Assembly (NCBI GenBank): GCA_964469175.1
Contig: CAYXXY010000014.1
Span: 3,419 to 67,418, forward strand
DNA: 64,000 nt
Direction of reading: 5' to 3'
From: an uncultured Flavobacteriaceae bacterium
Lineage (GTDB): Bacteria; Bacteroidota; Bacteroidia; Flavobacteriales; Flavobacteriaceae
Below, piece after piece: positions 19,126-29,532 of this stretch (positions are counted from its first letter, which is position 1; each line of letters opens with the position of its first letter). Made by a program: the position numbers and the translations under genes. A model generated the notes under the pieces. The model did no database searches and had not been told where the DNA came from. It worked only from the letters and a program-made list of their open reading frames with translations.

Positions 19126-19713
19126 ATGCTCACCAATAGGCAACAGTTATTTAAAAGAATATTTGATGTGGTTGTTTCGTTTTTTTGTTTACTTTTTTTT
19201 ATAATTCCTATAGTTTTATTGATAGCAATAACAAGAATGGAAACCGGTTTACCCGGTCTGTTTATACAAAAACGGATTGGTAAAAATGGAAAACCTTTTT
19301 TAATGTACAAAATCAGAACCTTAAAGAAAAATAAAAGCCATTCTATAGAAGAATTGTCAAGTCACGGCACTTATATAGGCAAACTATTAAGAAAATCAAA
19401 ACTTGATGAATTGCCTCAATTGGTCAATGTTTTAAATGGGGATATGAGTTTGGTGGGTCCTCGTCCTGATATTCCGGGATATGCAGACCAGCTAAAAGGC
19501 AGTGACAGAATCATATTGTCTGTGAGACCCGGAATTACGGGCCCTGCGACAATAAAATATAAAAATGAAGAAGAAATTCTTTTAAGACAATCAAATCCTC
19601 AACAGTACAATGATACAGTCATTTGGCCTGATAAAGTGAAAATCAATAAAGACTATGTTGAAAACTGGTCATTTCTAAAGGATTTAAAATATATTTATCA
19701 ATCAGTTTTCTGA
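19126..19713 (+). CDS. small monotopic phosphoglycosyl transferase (PglC/WecA-unrelated 'bacterial sugar transferase' family)
   Basis: 195 aa. KRIFDVVVS re-entrant helix and DELPQLVNVLNGDMSLVGPRP. Confidence 0.9.
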   Translation: MLTNRQQLFKRIFDVVVSFFCLLFFIIPIVLLIAITRMETGLPGLFIQKRIGKNGKPFLMYKIRTLKKNKSHSIEELSSHGTYIGKLLRKSKLDELPQLVNVLNGDMSLVGPRPDIPGYADQLKGSDRIILSVRPGITGPATIKYKNEEEILLRQSNPQQYNDTVIWPDKVKINKDYVENWSFLKDLKYIYQSVF

Positions 19714-19745
19714 TTAGAGTAGAAAACAGTTATAATATAATTTAC

Positions 19746-20726
19746 ATGTTTAAAAACATATACCACACAACTGATTTATCAAATTACAATTTTCTTGTAA
19801 CAGGAGGAGCGGGATTTATTGGTTCTAACCTAGTAGCATACCTTATAAAATATGGAGCTAAAAAGGTCAGGGTTCTTGATAATTTGGCAACCGGATTTTA
19901 TGATAATATCAAGGAATATGAAAATTTAGCCAACTTTGAATTTGTGGAAGGTGACATACGTGACTTGCAAACTTGCAAAAAAGCAATGGAAGGCATCCAC
20001 TTTGTATCTCATCAGGCAGCGCTTGGTTCAGTACCTCGTTCAATTAACGACCCCATAACTTCAAATGAGGTCAATGTGAGTGGATTTCTGAACATGCTTG
20101 TTGCCCAAAAGGAATCAAAAACTGTCAAAAGATTGATTTATGCAGCTTCAAGTTCTACTTATGGTGACAGTAAACAATTGCCTAAAATTGAGGAAAATAT
20201 AGGAAACCCTTTGTCACCTTATGCTGTAACAAAACTGGTTAATGAACTCTATGCCGATGTGTTTTATAAAACATATAAAACAGAAACCGTTGGTTTGCGT
20301 TATTTTAATGTTTTTGGACCCAGACAAAGTCCAACGGGAGCTTATGCAGCTGTAATTCCATTATTCATGCAGGCACTAAAAGATAAAAAATCGCCCACAG
20401 TCAATGGAGATGGTGAACAGACCAGGGACTTTACCTATGTTGAAAATGCAGTTCAGGCTAATATCAAGGCCTTTTTTGCTGGAGAAAGTGCGGTAAATCA
20501 AGTTTTTAATGTTGCTTATGGTCAGCGAATTAGTTTAAACGAGCTCTGGAGCAACCTGAAAGAAATCTCAGGTCAAAACATAGAAGCAATTTATGGTCCT
20601 CCCAGAGCCGGGGATGTAAGGGATTCTTTGGCCGATATTTCCAAGGCAGGGAAATTAATGGATTACAAACCTGAATTTAGTGTCATTGATGGTTTAAAAA
20701 TAACCTGGGAAAATTTTAATGATTAA
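19746..20726 (+). CDS. NAD-dependent nucleotide-sugar 4-epimerase (WbpP/TviC-like SDR)
   Basis: 326 aa. GGAGFIGSN Rossmann motif and YxxxK (YAVTK). Confidence 0.85.
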   Translation: MFKNIYHTTDLSNYNFLVTGGAGFIGSNLVAYLIKYGAKKVRVLDNLATGFYDNIKEYENLANFEFVEGDIRDLQTCKKAMEGIHFVSHQAALGSVPRSINDPITSNEVNVSGFLNMLVAQKESKTVKRLIYAASSSTYGDSKQLPKIEENIGNPLSPYAVTKLVNELYADVFYKTYKTETVGLRYFNVFGPRQSPTGAYAAVIPLFMQALKDKKSPTVNGDGEQTRDFTYVENAVQANIKAFFAGESAVNQVFNVAYGQRISLNELWSNLKEISGQNIEAIYGPPRAGDVRDSLADISKAGKLMDYKPEFSVIDGLKITWENFND

Positions 20727-20727
20727 A

Positions 20728-21777
20728 ATGAAAAACATATTGATTACCGGAGGTGCCGGATTTATTGGCTCTCACGTGGTACGCCTTTTCGTCAACAAAT
20801 ATCCTGATTATCACATTTACAATCTGGACGCACTCACTTATGCCGGAAATCTTGAAAACTTGATTGATGTTGAAAATAAGCCTAATTATACCTTTTTAAA
20901 AGCCGATATCAACGACACTGAAACTATTTTTTCCCTGTTTCAAAAACATCAATTTGATGCCGTTATCCATTTAGCTGCAGAATCACACGTTGACAGGTCA
21001 ATAACTGACCCGCTTTCTTTTTTAAGAACCAATATTTTTGGAACAGTAAATTTGCTGAATGCTGCACGCGAAAACTGGAAAAACTTTTCCGGTAAAATGT
21101 TTTACCACATCAGTACAGATGAGGTTTATGGCACCTTAGGCGAAACAGGGCTGTTCACTGAACAAACCCCATATCAACCCAACTCACCCTACTCAGCTTC
21201 AAAAGCGGGCTCAGACCACTTTGTAAGGGCATATGGCGAGACATATGGTTTGCCATATATTATCTCCAATTGTTCAAACAATTACGGCCCCAATCAGTTT
21301 CCTGAAAAATTGATTCCATTGTTTATTAACAACATCATTGATAACAAATCACTTCCGGTCTATGGTGACGGCAATTATACCCGCGACTGGCTGTATGTCA
21401 TCGACCACGCTCATGCCATTGATCTGGCGTTTCATAAAGGTAAAGAGGATGAGACTTATAATATTGGCGGTTTCAACGAATGGAAAAATATAGATTTGGT
21501 TCAACTGCTTTGCTCGCTTATGGATGATAAACTTAACAAACCCAAAGACAGTTCACGTCAATTAATTACCTTTGTTGCTGACAGGCCCGGTCACGATTTG
21601 AGGTATGCCATCGATGCCTCAAAAATCAATACAGAATTGGGATGGGTACCATCAGTAAGCTTTGAAGAGGGGCTTTCAAAAACCATAGATTGGTATCTTG
21701 AAAACAAACTGTGGCTGAAAAACGTCACTTCGGGTGCATATCAGGAATACTATAAAAAACAATACAAAACCCAATAA
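20728..21777 (+). CDS. rfbB: dTDP-glucose 4,6-dehydratase
   Basis: [23 protein letters not shown], and [10 protein letters not shown]. An alternative ATG at 20719 overlaps the preceding gene. Confidence 0.95.
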   Translation: MKNILITGGAGFIGSHVVRLFVNKYPDYHIYNLDALTYAGNLENLIDVENKPNYTFLKADINDTETIFSLFQKHQFDAVIHLAAESHVDRSITDPLSFLRTNIFGTVNLLNAARENWKNFSGKMFYHISTDEVYGTLGETGLFTEQTPYQPNSPYSASKAGSDHFVRAYGETYGLPYIISNCSNNYGPNQFPEKLIPLFINNIIDNKSLPVYGDGNYTRDWLYVIDHAHAIDLAFHKGKEDETYNIGGFNEWKNIDLVQLLCSLMDDKLNKPKDSSRQLITFVADRPGHDLRYAIDASKINTELGWVPSVSFEEGLSKTIDWYLENKLWLKNVTSGAYQEYYKKQYKTQ

Positions 21778-21778
21778 T

Positions 21779-22651
21779 ATGAAGGGAATTATTTTAGCCG
21801 GTGGCGCCGGAACCCGATTGCATCCTTTGACGCAGGTAGTTTCAAAACAATTGCTTCCGGTTTATGACAAACCTATGATTTATTATCCACTTTCGGTTTT
21901 GTTGCTGGCCAATATAAAAGACATATTAATCATTTCAACCCCTTCAGATTTACCAAATTTTAAAAATCTTTTTGGTGACGGAAGTCAGCTGGGGATTTCT
22001 ATTTCTTACGCAGAACAACCATCTCCAGATGGTCTAGCGCAAGCATTTATTATTGGTGAAGAATTTATAGGCAACGATGATGTGTGCTTGATTTTGGGTG
22101 ATAATATTTTCTTTGGCGCCGGTTTTCAAAAATTACTGGCAGAGGCCAAAAATCAGGTAGAAGAATTCAAAAATGCGACTGTTTTTGGATATTATGTAGA
22201 TGACCCGGAGCGCTATGGTGTTGCTTCTTTTGACGAAAACGGCCAAGTTCTTAGTATAGAAGAAAAACCGAAAAACCCTAAAAGCAATTATGCAGTTGTT
22301 GGGCTCTATTTTTATCCAAATTCTGTAATAGAAGTGGCCAAATCTGTGAAACCATCAGACCGTGGTGAACTTGAAATTACCTCAGTCAATGCACATTATT
22401 TACAGGAAAACCAATTAAAAATGCAAATCATGAGTAGGGGGTATGCATGGCTTGATACCGGCACCCATGAAGCCCTTACCGAAGCAACAGAATTTGTAAA
22501 AACCATTGAAAAACGCACCGGATTGAAAATTGGCTGTATAGAGGAAATTGCTTTTCGCAAAGGATTTATCAATGCAAATCAACTGCAAAAATTAGCTCAG
22601 CCATTAAGCAAAAGTGGTTATGGAAGTTATCTGAAACAACTCCTCAAATAA
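21779..22651 (+). CDS. rfbA: glucose-1-phosphate thymidylyltransferase
   Basis: [18 protein letters not shown] start. The ATG lies 1 nt after the rfbB stop. Confidence 0.95.
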   Translation: MKGIILAGGAGTRLHPLTQVVSKQLLPVYDKPMIYYPLSVLLLANIKDILIISTPSDLPNFKNLFGDGSQLGISISYAEQPSPDGLAQAFIIGEEFIGNDDVCLILGDNIFFGAGFQKLLAEAKNQVEEFKNATVFGYYVDDPERYGVASFDENGQVLSIEEKPKNPKSNYAVVGLYFYPNSVIEVAKSVKPSDRGELEITSVNAHYLQENQLKMQIMSRGYAWLDTGTHEALTEATEFVKTIEKRTGLKIGCIEEIAFRKGFINANQLQKLAQPLSKSGYGSYLKQLLK

Positions 22652-22721
22652 AGGCTGTTAAACCTTTTTTAAAAATTAGTCTGTGCCTCAATGTTTTGGT
22701 AACTTAGACAAAAAATTTCTA

Positions 22722-23624
22722 ATGAAGGTTTTAATTACTGGCGCAACGGGCCTAATTGGGAAAGCAATTACCAATTTGTGTCTGAAAGAAAATATTGATG
22801 TTAATTACCTCACAACATCATTTACAAAAATTGAAAATGACCCCCACTACAAAGGATTTTACTGGAATCCTTCTGAAGGTGATATTGATATCAATTGCTT
22901 ACTTGAAGTAGATGTCATTATTCATCTTGCAGGTGCAACCATAGCAAAAAGATGGACTCCTAGTTATAAAACTGAAATCATTGAAAGCAGGATACTCTCC
23001 GGAAATTTATTGTTTAATACACTTCAAAAAAACGAACATAAAGTCAAACACTTCATTTCAGCCAGTGGGGTTGATATTTATCCGCATAGCTTAGATAAAA
23101 CTTATGATGAATCTGAAAAGGAAACAAACGATACCTTTTTGGGAAATGTAGTGCTTAGGTGGGAAGAAGTGGCTGATAAGTTTTCTTTGGCAAACATAAA
23201 AGTAACAAAAATAAGGACAGGAATGGTGCTTGATCAAACTGAAGGTGCTTTGCCGCAAATTGCAAAACCAATCAAACTTGGTTTTGGTGCAGCATTGGGA
23301 AGTGGAAAACAATGGCAGTCTTGGATACACATTGAAGACATCGCTGCTCTGTATTTGTTTGTTATAAAAAACAAATTGGAGGGGATTTACAACGGGGTTT
23401 CACCAAATCCGGTAACCAATAAAGAGATGACCAAAGCTATTGCCAAGCAGTTAAACAAGCCTTTATGGTTGCCCAATGCACCTGGGTTTGTATTAAAAAC
23501 CATTTTAGGCGATATGTCTGCACTTCTTTTAGGAAGTAAAAAGGCAAGTTCAAAGAAAATACAACAGGCCGGGTTTCAGTTTAAATATCCACATTTAGAT
23601 TCTGCCCTTAAAGGTTTAAAATAA
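22722..23624 (+). CDS. TIGR01777/YfcH-like SDR epimerase family protein (with DUF1731-type C-terminus)
   Basis: The ATG at 22722 gives MKVLITGATGLIG. The length and C-terminal region fit the family. Confidence 0.8.
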   Translation: MKVLITGATGLIGKAITNLCLKENIDVNYLTTSFTKIENDPHYKGFYWNPSEGDIDINCLLEVDVIIHLAGATIAKRWTPSYKTEIIESRILSGNLLFNTLQKNEHKVKHFISASGVDIYPHSLDKTYDESEKETNDTFLGNVVLRWEEVADKFSLANIKVTKIRTGMVLDQTEGALPQIAKPIKLGFGAALGSGKQWQSWIHIEDIAALYLFVIKNKLEGIYNGVSPNPVTNKEMTKAIAKQLNKPLWLPNAPGFVLKTILGDMSALLLGSKKASSKKIQQAGFQFKYPHLDSALKGLK

Positions 23625-23654
23625 AAAACGCCCGATAATTCGGACGTTTTTTTT
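23623..23654. terminator. bidirectional intrinsic terminator between convergent genes
   Basis: A6, then a CGCCCGA/TCGGACG hairpin (one mismatch, 4-nt loop), then T8. Confidence 0.6.
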
Positions 23655-23671
23655 ATACTTAAATCATCTTA

Positions 23672-24343
23672 TTAAGCCTTGTCAGCTTCAAGATAAACAG
23701 TAAGTTTAATATCGTCAAAAATCACTAGATCACCAACATTAGGAAATACTGAACGTGATCTGAAGTTGACATCCCACTCAGTTCTATCAATTTCAAATTG
23801 TTCGCTTTGAAGGATAAGTTTGTCTCCATCAAGAGAAAGATTCACCGGGAATTTTACGTTTCTGGTTGTTTCCTTCAAAGTCAGGTTACCCACCATCCAG
23901 GTTTTGCCATCTGCAACTTCCATTCCTGTAACAACAAATTTACCGGTAGGGTATTTAGTGATATTGAAGAAATCACCCTCCTGACCTTCTACAGTTCCTT
24001 TCAAGTGTCCTTCCAGCCTTCTTTTTCCTTCACCTTCTTCAAGGTCGGTAACGGTTATGGTGCTCATATCAATAACAAACTCACCACCTGCGATTTCATT
24101 ATTTTCGTTTAGATTAATATAACCCTTAGCAATATTTAGGTATCCGGTATGGTTTCCTGTTAATTTACGACCTTCCCATTCAATTTGAGTGCCGTCAACA
24201 TCTGCAACATATGTAGTTGCATCTGACGTGGCTTCCATTTTATCCTGTGGGTCACCGGTTTCTGATTTTTCATTTCCTTTACAAGAATATGCCAAAACAG
24301 CAATAAAGGAAAGAAGTGTTAATTTTAAAAAGTTCTTTTTCAT
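23672..24343 (-). CDS. YceI-like lipid/polyisoprenoid-binding lipoprotein
   Basis: 223 aa. Lipobox LAYSC and a YceI-type beta-barrel pattern (IEWEGRK...GNHTG, TLKETT). Confidence 0.8.
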   Translation of the reverse strand: MKKNFLKLTLLSFIAVLAYSCKGNEKSETGDPQDKMEATSDATTYVADVDGTQIEWEGRKLTGNHTGYLNIAKGYINLNENNEIAGGEFVIDMSTITVTDLEEGEGKRRLEGHLKGTVEGQEGDFFNITKYPTGKFVVTGMEVADGKTWMVGNLTLKETTRNVKFPVNLSLDGDKLILQSEQFEIDRTEWDVNFRSRSVFPNVGDLVIFDDIKLTVYLEADKA

Positions 24344-24431
24344 GGTTTGTGTTAATTTTTAGTTATCATACAAAATTAGTTAGGCCACATAGAAATTTTC
24401 TTAAATTCATATTAAAATTTATAAATGACAA

Positions 24432-24464
24432 TTTGACACAAAACGGGTTATGGCAATACTTTTG
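24432..24464 (+). promoter_or_regulatory. candidate Bacteroidota sigma-A promoter of grpE-dnaJ
   Basis: TTTG (24432-24435), 21-nt spacer, TACTTTTG (24457-24464). This matches the TTTG-N19-21-TAnnTTTG consensus and lies 40 nt before the grpE ATG. Confidence 0.45.
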
Positions 24465-24503
24465 CTTAAGAGCATTGAAGAATAAGACTAAGCATTTATA
24501 ATA

Positions 24504-25031
24504 ATGAGCAAAAAAGATACTGCCAAATCGGCTACAAAATCCAAAAAGGATAAATCCGAAAATAAAATTGAAATTCTTGAAAATGAAAAAAACCTCCTGG
24601 AAAATGAGTTAGGTCAGGAAAAGGAAAAGTTTTTAAGGCTTTTTGCAGAATTTGAAAACTACAAAAAAAGAACAACCAAAGAACGCATAGACCTTTTTAA
24701 AACGGCAGGTCAAGAAGTGCTTCAATCACTTTTACCTGTCATGGATGATTTTGATCGGGCTTTGCTTGAATTAAAAAAAGCTGAAAATGATGCCTATTAT
24801 AAAGGTGTTGAATTGATTCACAACAAATTCAGGGACACCCTGAAATCCAAAGGGCTTGAAGAGATTTTGGTGCAGAAAGGCGATTCGTTCAATGCCGATA
24901 TTCACGAAGCCATCACTCAAATTCCAGCCCCTTCAGAAGAACTTAAAGGGAAAATCATTGATGTGGTTGAAAAGGGTTATCAACTGGGAGAACGTGTTAT
25001 TCGGTTCCCAAAAGTTGTCATAGGTCAATAA
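24504..25031 (+). CDS. grpE: nucleotide exchange factor GrpE
   Basis: 175 aa. RLFAEFENYKKR motif. Confidence 0.95.
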   Translation: MSKKDTAKSATKSKKDKSENKIEILENEKNLLENELGQEKEKFLRLFAEFENYKKRTTKERIDLFKTAGQEVLQSLLPVMDDFDRALLELKKAENDAYYKGVELIHNKFRDTLKSKGLEEILVQKGDSFNADIHEAITQIPAPSEELKGKIIDVVEKGYQLGERVIRFPKVVIGQ

Positions 25032-25049
25032 TAGCTTAAGCGTTAAAAG

Positions 25050-26171
25050 ATGAAACAGGATTATTATGAAATATTGGGCGTAAACAAAAACGCATCGGAA
25101 GCTGAAATTAAAAAAGCTTACCGCAAAAAAGCTATTGAATACCACCCTGACAAGAACCCCGGTGACCCCAAGGCAGAAGAAATGTTTAAGAAAGCTGCCG
25201 AAGCTTATGAAGTACTAAGCAACCCCGAAAAAAGGTCGCGCTATGACCAGTTTGGACACCAGGCATTTGATGGATCTGGAGGATTTGGCGGCGGTGGCAT
25301 GAATATGGAAGACATATTCAGCCAGTTTGGTGATATTTTTGGTGGCGCTTTTGGTGGCGGTGGCGGATTTTCAGGTTTTGGCGGTTTTGGTGGCGGTCAA
25401 CGCCGGATGAAGGGCAGCAACCTTAGAATAAGGGTAGCTTTAACCCTTGACGAAATCGCAAATGGTGTTGAGAAAAAAATCAAAGTAAAACGTAAAAAAC
25501 AAGCTCAGGGTACCACTTACAAAACCTGTTCTGCTTGTAATGGAAGTGGGCAAGTAACTAGAATTACTAACACCATCCTTGGTAGAATGCAAACTTCCTC
25601 GCCTTGTAATGCGTGTGGCGGTTCCGGTCAAATGATCGATTCAAAACCCAATAATGCTGATGCTGACGGGATGCTGCTTACAGAAGAAACAGTTTCAATC
25701 AAAATCCCTGCGGGTGTGGTTGACGGGATGCAACTTAAAGTATCAGGAAAAGGAAATGAGGCTCCCGGAAACGGAATCCCCGGCGATTTAATTGTTGCCA
25801 TTGAAGAAAAAGCCCATCCAACTCTGCAAAGAGAAGGTGACAATTTACACTATGATTTATACATCAGCTTTTCTGAAGCGGCTTTAGGCACATCAAAAGA
25901 AATTGATACCGTAACCGGAAAAGTGAGAATTAAAATTGAAGAAGGCGTTCAAAGCGGAAAAATTCTTCGTTTGAGAAACAAAGGAATCCCAAGTCTTAAT
26001 GGATATGGTTCCGGTGATTTGCTTGTGCATGTCAATGTGTGGACCCCCAAGTCACTTACTAAGGAACAAAAAGAATTTTTTGAAAAAATGGCAGGTGACA
26101 GTAATTTTCAACCAAAACCCGAATCTGATGACAAATCATTTTTTGAAAAAGTAAAAGATATGTTTTCATGA
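25050..26171 (+). CDS. dnaJ: molecular chaperone DnaJ (atypical zinc-finger region)
   Basis: J domain with HPD, a G/F-rich linker, only two CxxCxGxG motifs, and C-terminal substrate-binding domains. Confidence 0.95.
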   Translation: MKQDYYEILGVNKNASEAEIKKAYRKKAIEYHPDKNPGDPKAEEMFKKAAEAYEVLSNPEKRSRYDQFGHQAFDGSGGFGGGGMNMEDIFSQFGDIFGGAFGGGGGFSGFGGFGGGQRRMKGSNLRIRVALTLDEIANGVEKKIKVKRKKQAQGTTYKTCSACNGSGQVTRITNTILGRMQTSSPCNACGGSGQMIDSKPNNADADGMLLTEETVSIKIPAGVVDGMQLKVSGKGNEAPGNGIPGDLIVAIEEKAHPTLQREGDNLHYDLYISFSEAALGTSKEIDTVTGKVRIKIEEGVQSGKILRLRNKGIPSLNGYGSGDLLVHVNVWTPKSLTKEQKEFFEKMAGDSNFQPKPESDDKSFFEKVKDMFS

Positions 26172-26260
26172 AAAGGAGGTATTTAAATTTTTATTTTTAT
26201 ATTTGTTTGTGGTTAGTTTAAAATATTAGCCATATTTTCTTTTTCATAGCAATTTTTTTT

Positions 26261-26305
26261 CCCATCCTAATTCAATGCATTGTTTAGGGTGGGTTTTGCT
26301 TTTTA
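26261..26305 (+). terminator. intrinsic terminator after dnaJ
   Basis: CCCATCCTAA...TTAGGGTGGG 10-bp stem (one G-U pair), followed by TTTTGCTTTTT. Confidence 0.6.
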
Positions 26306-26378
26306 AGAAGAATTATTTTGTAACATTATTCTTTTTGGCCTACTAATAGGGCATCCAAATTAAACTAACACAAATTAC

Positions 26379-27305
26379 ATGAGTAACATCTTAGTTGCAG
26401 AATCCGTCACCAAGAATTACGGTAAATTCAGGGCATTGAATGAAGTGTCCATTGCAGTCCCAAAAGGAAGTATATTTGGACTTTTAGGACCAAACGGCGC
26501 CGGAAAAACCACTTTTATAAGAATTATTAACCAAATCACTATGCCGGATTCCGGCAAGGTTTTTCTCGATGGTGAACCACTTAGTGCACATCACATTCAG
26601 CAGATTGGGTATTTGCCTGAGGAACGCGGACTTTACAAATCAATGAAAGTGGGGGAGCAGGCACTTTATTTGGCACAACTTAAAGGATTAACCAAAAGTC
26701 AAGCTAAAGAACGATTAAAATACTGGTTTGACAGGCTTGAAATTGCCGGATGGTGGGACAAGAAAATTGAAGAACTCTCCAAAGGAATGGCTCAAAAAGT
26801 TCAGTTTATAGTTACAGTATTACACCAACCAAAACTCCTCATTTTTGATGAACCTTTCAGCGGATTTGACCCTGTGAATGCCAATTTGATAAAAGATGAA
26901 ATACTTGAATTGAGAAATCAAGGTGCGACTATCATTTTTTCGACTCACAGAATGGAATCTGTTGAAGAATTGTGTGACCATATTGCCTTGATAAACCACT
27001 CAAATAAAGTGCTTGACGGAAAGCTCACAGATATTAAGCGCAGTTACAAATCCAACACTTATGAAGTTGGATTAATTACAAACAATGAAGAAGTATTGAG
27101 AACCGAACTCTCAGAAAAGTTTTCAATAACTCCGGCTGAGTTTAAAACCATTGAAGATGAGCTTAAATTGAGGATTAAAATCAATCCCGGTGATTCACCC
27201 AATGATTTGATAGGGTATTTAGCAACAAAGGCACAGATAAACCACTTTGTTGAAGTAATTCCCAGTGTTAACGATATTTTCATTCAAACTGTATCAAAAA
27301 AATAG
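26379..27305 (+). CDS. ABC transporter ATP-binding protein (ABC-2/NatA-like)
   Basis: 308 aa. GPNGAGKTT, LSKGMAQK and LIFDEP. Confidence 0.9.
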   Translation: MSNILVAESVTKNYGKFRALNEVSIAVPKGSIFGLLGPNGAGKTTFIRIINQITMPDSGKVFLDGEPLSAHHIQQIGYLPEERGLYKSMKVGEQALYLAQLKGLTKSQAKERLKYWFDRLEIAGWWDKKIEELSKGMAQKVQFIVTVLHQPKLLIFDEPFSGFDPVNANLIKDEILELRNQGATIIFSTHRMESVEELCDHIALINHSNKVLDGKLTDIKRSYKSNTYEVGLITNNEEVLRTELSEKFSITPAEFKTIEDELKLRIKINPGDSPNDLIGYLATKAQINHFVEVIPSVNDIFIQTVSKK

Positions 27306-27308
27306 GCT

Positions 27309-28607
27309 ATGAACAATCTGAGTTTGATTATAAAAAGGGAATTCAATTCCAAAGTCCGTAAAAAGTCCTTTATCATAATGACCATTTTAAGCCCTTTGAT
27401 AATTGTGGCTATGATTTTTTTGGTTGTTTTTTTAAGTAATCTAAATAGGGAGGAATCAAGAACAGTGGGTGTTTTTGATGAATCAGGATTGTTTTTTGAT
27501 GCCTTGGAAGAAACCGAAACTTTAAGGTTCAATTTTCTGACAGATATTGACCTTGAAACCGCCAAGACAATCAGCCAGGAAAGCAATTTTCACGGATTGC
27601 TTTATATTCCTTCTGCAAATTCATTAGAAGAACTCGACAGAAGAATTCAGTTTTTTGTAGAAGGCTCTCCAAATATTGGAACAGTGCAGTACATAGAAAA
27701 AAGCCTGAGTGCCAAACTCACCAATATGCGACTTGAAATAGCCGGTGTTGATTTAAGAAGCATTGAGTCATCACGTTCAAATATGGACATCACCATTGAA
27801 AATTATCAAGGTCAGCAAACTTCCATTATGTCCAGCTGGATCAAGGCCATATTTGGTGGTGCTGCCGGTTATTTGCTGATGATGTTCATCATCATCTATG
27901 GCAATATGGTAATGAGAAGCGTGATTGAAGAGAAAACAAACCGCATTATTGAAATCATCATTTCCTCGGTAAAACCTTACCATTTAATGATGGGGAAAAT
28001 CATTGGTACATCGCTGGCAGGGGTGACACAGTTCTTAATATGGGTGGTTCTTGGTGGAATTTTTATGGTAATCGCCACAATGGTATTTGGGGTTCAACTT
28101 GAACCTTCAGCTATGGCAAATCAGGAAATGATGGATCAGGCCAATACTTCGGCAATGCAGGCCATAGTTTATGACATTGCCCGCTTACCAATAGCTACAT
28201 TAATAGTGTCGTTTCTCATTTTCTTTATTGGCGGTTATTTTTTATACAGTTCAATTTATGCCGCCATTGGTGCTGCGGTTGACAATGAAACAGATACCCA
28301 GCAGTTTATGTTCCCCATCATCATACCGTTGATGTTGGCCATGTATGTTGGTTTTTTTGCAGTTATTGAAAACCCACATGGCACCGTTTCAGTAGTGTTT
28401 TCACATATTCCACTCACATCACCAATAGTCATGTTGATGCGCATTCCATTTGGTGTGCCCTGGTGGGAAATTCTCATTTCCATGTTAGTCTTATTTGCTA
28501 CATTTGCTTTGGTGGTTTGGTTTGCCGCAAAAATATACCGCGTGGGTATATTGATGTATGGTAAAAAACCAACATACAAAGAATTGTACAAATGGCTAAA
28601 ATATTAA
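27309..28607 (+). CDS. ABC-2 family permease (NatB-like, large extracytoplasmic loop)
   Basis: 432 aa. One N-terminal TM helix, a loop of about 150 aa, then 5 TM helices. It starts 3 nt after the ATPase gene. Confidence 0.85.
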   Translation: MNNLSLIIKREFNSKVRKKSFIIMTILSPLIIVAMIFLVVFLSNLNREESRTVGVFDESGLFFDALEETETLRFNFLTDIDLETAKTISQESNFHGLLYIPSANSLEELDRRIQFFVEGSPNIGTVQYIEKSLSAKLTNMRLEIAGVDLRSIESSRSNMDITIENYQGQQTSIMSSWIKAIFGGAAGYLLMMFIIIYGNMVMRSVIEEKTNRIIEIIISSVKPYHLMMGKIIGTSLAGVTQFLIWVVLGGIFMVIATMVFGVQLEPSAMANQEMMDQANTSAMQAIVYDIARLPIATLIVSFLIFFIGGYFLYSSIYAAIGAAVDNETDTQQFMFPIIIPLMLAMYVGFFAVIENPHGTVSVVFSHIPLTSPIVMLMRIPFGVPWWEILISMLVLFATFALVVWFAAKIYRVGILMYGKKPTYKELYKWLKY

Positions 28608-28611
28608 TGCT

Positions 28612-29514
28612 TTGAATGAAACGGCTCTAGATACAGTCAAAGAAGTTATTCCGGAAACTTATTGGGATGTATTTCAAAATATTATTCAATTTGAATTATT
28701 GAAGTTTGGAAGGGACAAAAATGAAATTGTAATAACAGTTGGCCTTGTCATTCTACTGTTTCTTTCGCTCTTCATAGTGAAGCTTGTTCTGAGGCTCATA
28801 AGAAGAATTTACACCCGAAAAATGGATGCTGAAGAGAAAATCCGTTTTCTCTCCGCTTATAATTTTACCGGTTACTTTGTTTATATACTGGTAATTGTAT
28901 CCCTCATCAGTACTTCGGGAATTGACATCACCCTGCTTTTAACCGCTACTGCTGTTTTATTTGTTGGACTTGGTCTCGCAATGCGCGAAATCTTTCAGGA
29001 CATTATAGGCGGTGTGTATATCATTTTTGATAAGTCTGTCCAGGCCGGTGACATCATTGAGTTGAACGGGACAGTTTGTAAAGTTTTTGATACCAAGCTT
29101 AGAACCACACTGGCAGTAACCCGTGATGATAAGGTGATAGTTATTCCAAACCACAAGTTTGTAACAGACCCAATAATCAATTTTACACAAAATTATAACA
29201 ACACCAGGCAAAGTGTGACCGTAAGGGTCGCCCTTGATGCCGATGTGGAAAAAGTAAAAGAAATTCTAATTAAGGCAGCAAAATCTCAAAAGAGAATACT
29301 TAAGTCGCCAGAACCCTTTGTAATGCTTGAAGAATTTGGCGAGTATGCACTACATTTTGGAATTTACTTTTACATTTCCGAAACTTTTTTTGAACTCAGG
29401 ATAAAAAGTGAATTGCGATTTGAGATTGAACGACAATTCAGAACAAACAATATTAAATTTCCTTACCCCCAAAAGGATTTGCACATTAAGCAATTCCCCG
29501 AAAGGGAAAAATAA
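28612..29514 (+). CDS. mechanosensitive ion channel (MscS family)
   Basis: 300 aa. Three TM helices followed by a beta-domain (GDIIELNGTVCKV). The only in-frame start is the TTG at 28612. Confidence 0.8.
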   Translation: MNETALDTVKEVIPETYWDVFQNIIQFELLKFGRDKNEIVITVGLVILLFLSLFIVKLVLRLIRRIYTRKMDAEEKIRFLSAYNFTGYFVYILVIVSLISTSGIDITLLLTATAVLFVGLGLAMREIFQDIIGGVYIIFDKSVQAGDIIELNGTVCKVFDTKLRTTLAVTRDDKVIVIPNHKFVTDPIINFTQNYNNTRQSVTVRVALDADVEKVKEILIKAAKSQKRILKSPEPFVMLEEFGEYALHFGIYFYISETFFELRIKSELRFEIERQFRTNNIKFPYPQKDLHIKQFPEREK

Positions 29515-29532
29515 TTGGTTAAACATTCTATT

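Noticed and set aside
24344-24503. Looked for a CIRCE (TTAGCACTC-N9-GAGTGCTAA) heat-shock operator upstream of grpE.
   Set aside because: No inverted repeat of that type is present. Only a sigma-A-like TTTG/TAnnTTTG promoter is visible.
27284-27586. 100-aa minus-strand ORF.
   Set aside because: It is antisense to the start of the ABC-2 permease, which is tightly coupled to its ATPase. It is an AT-rich spurious frame.
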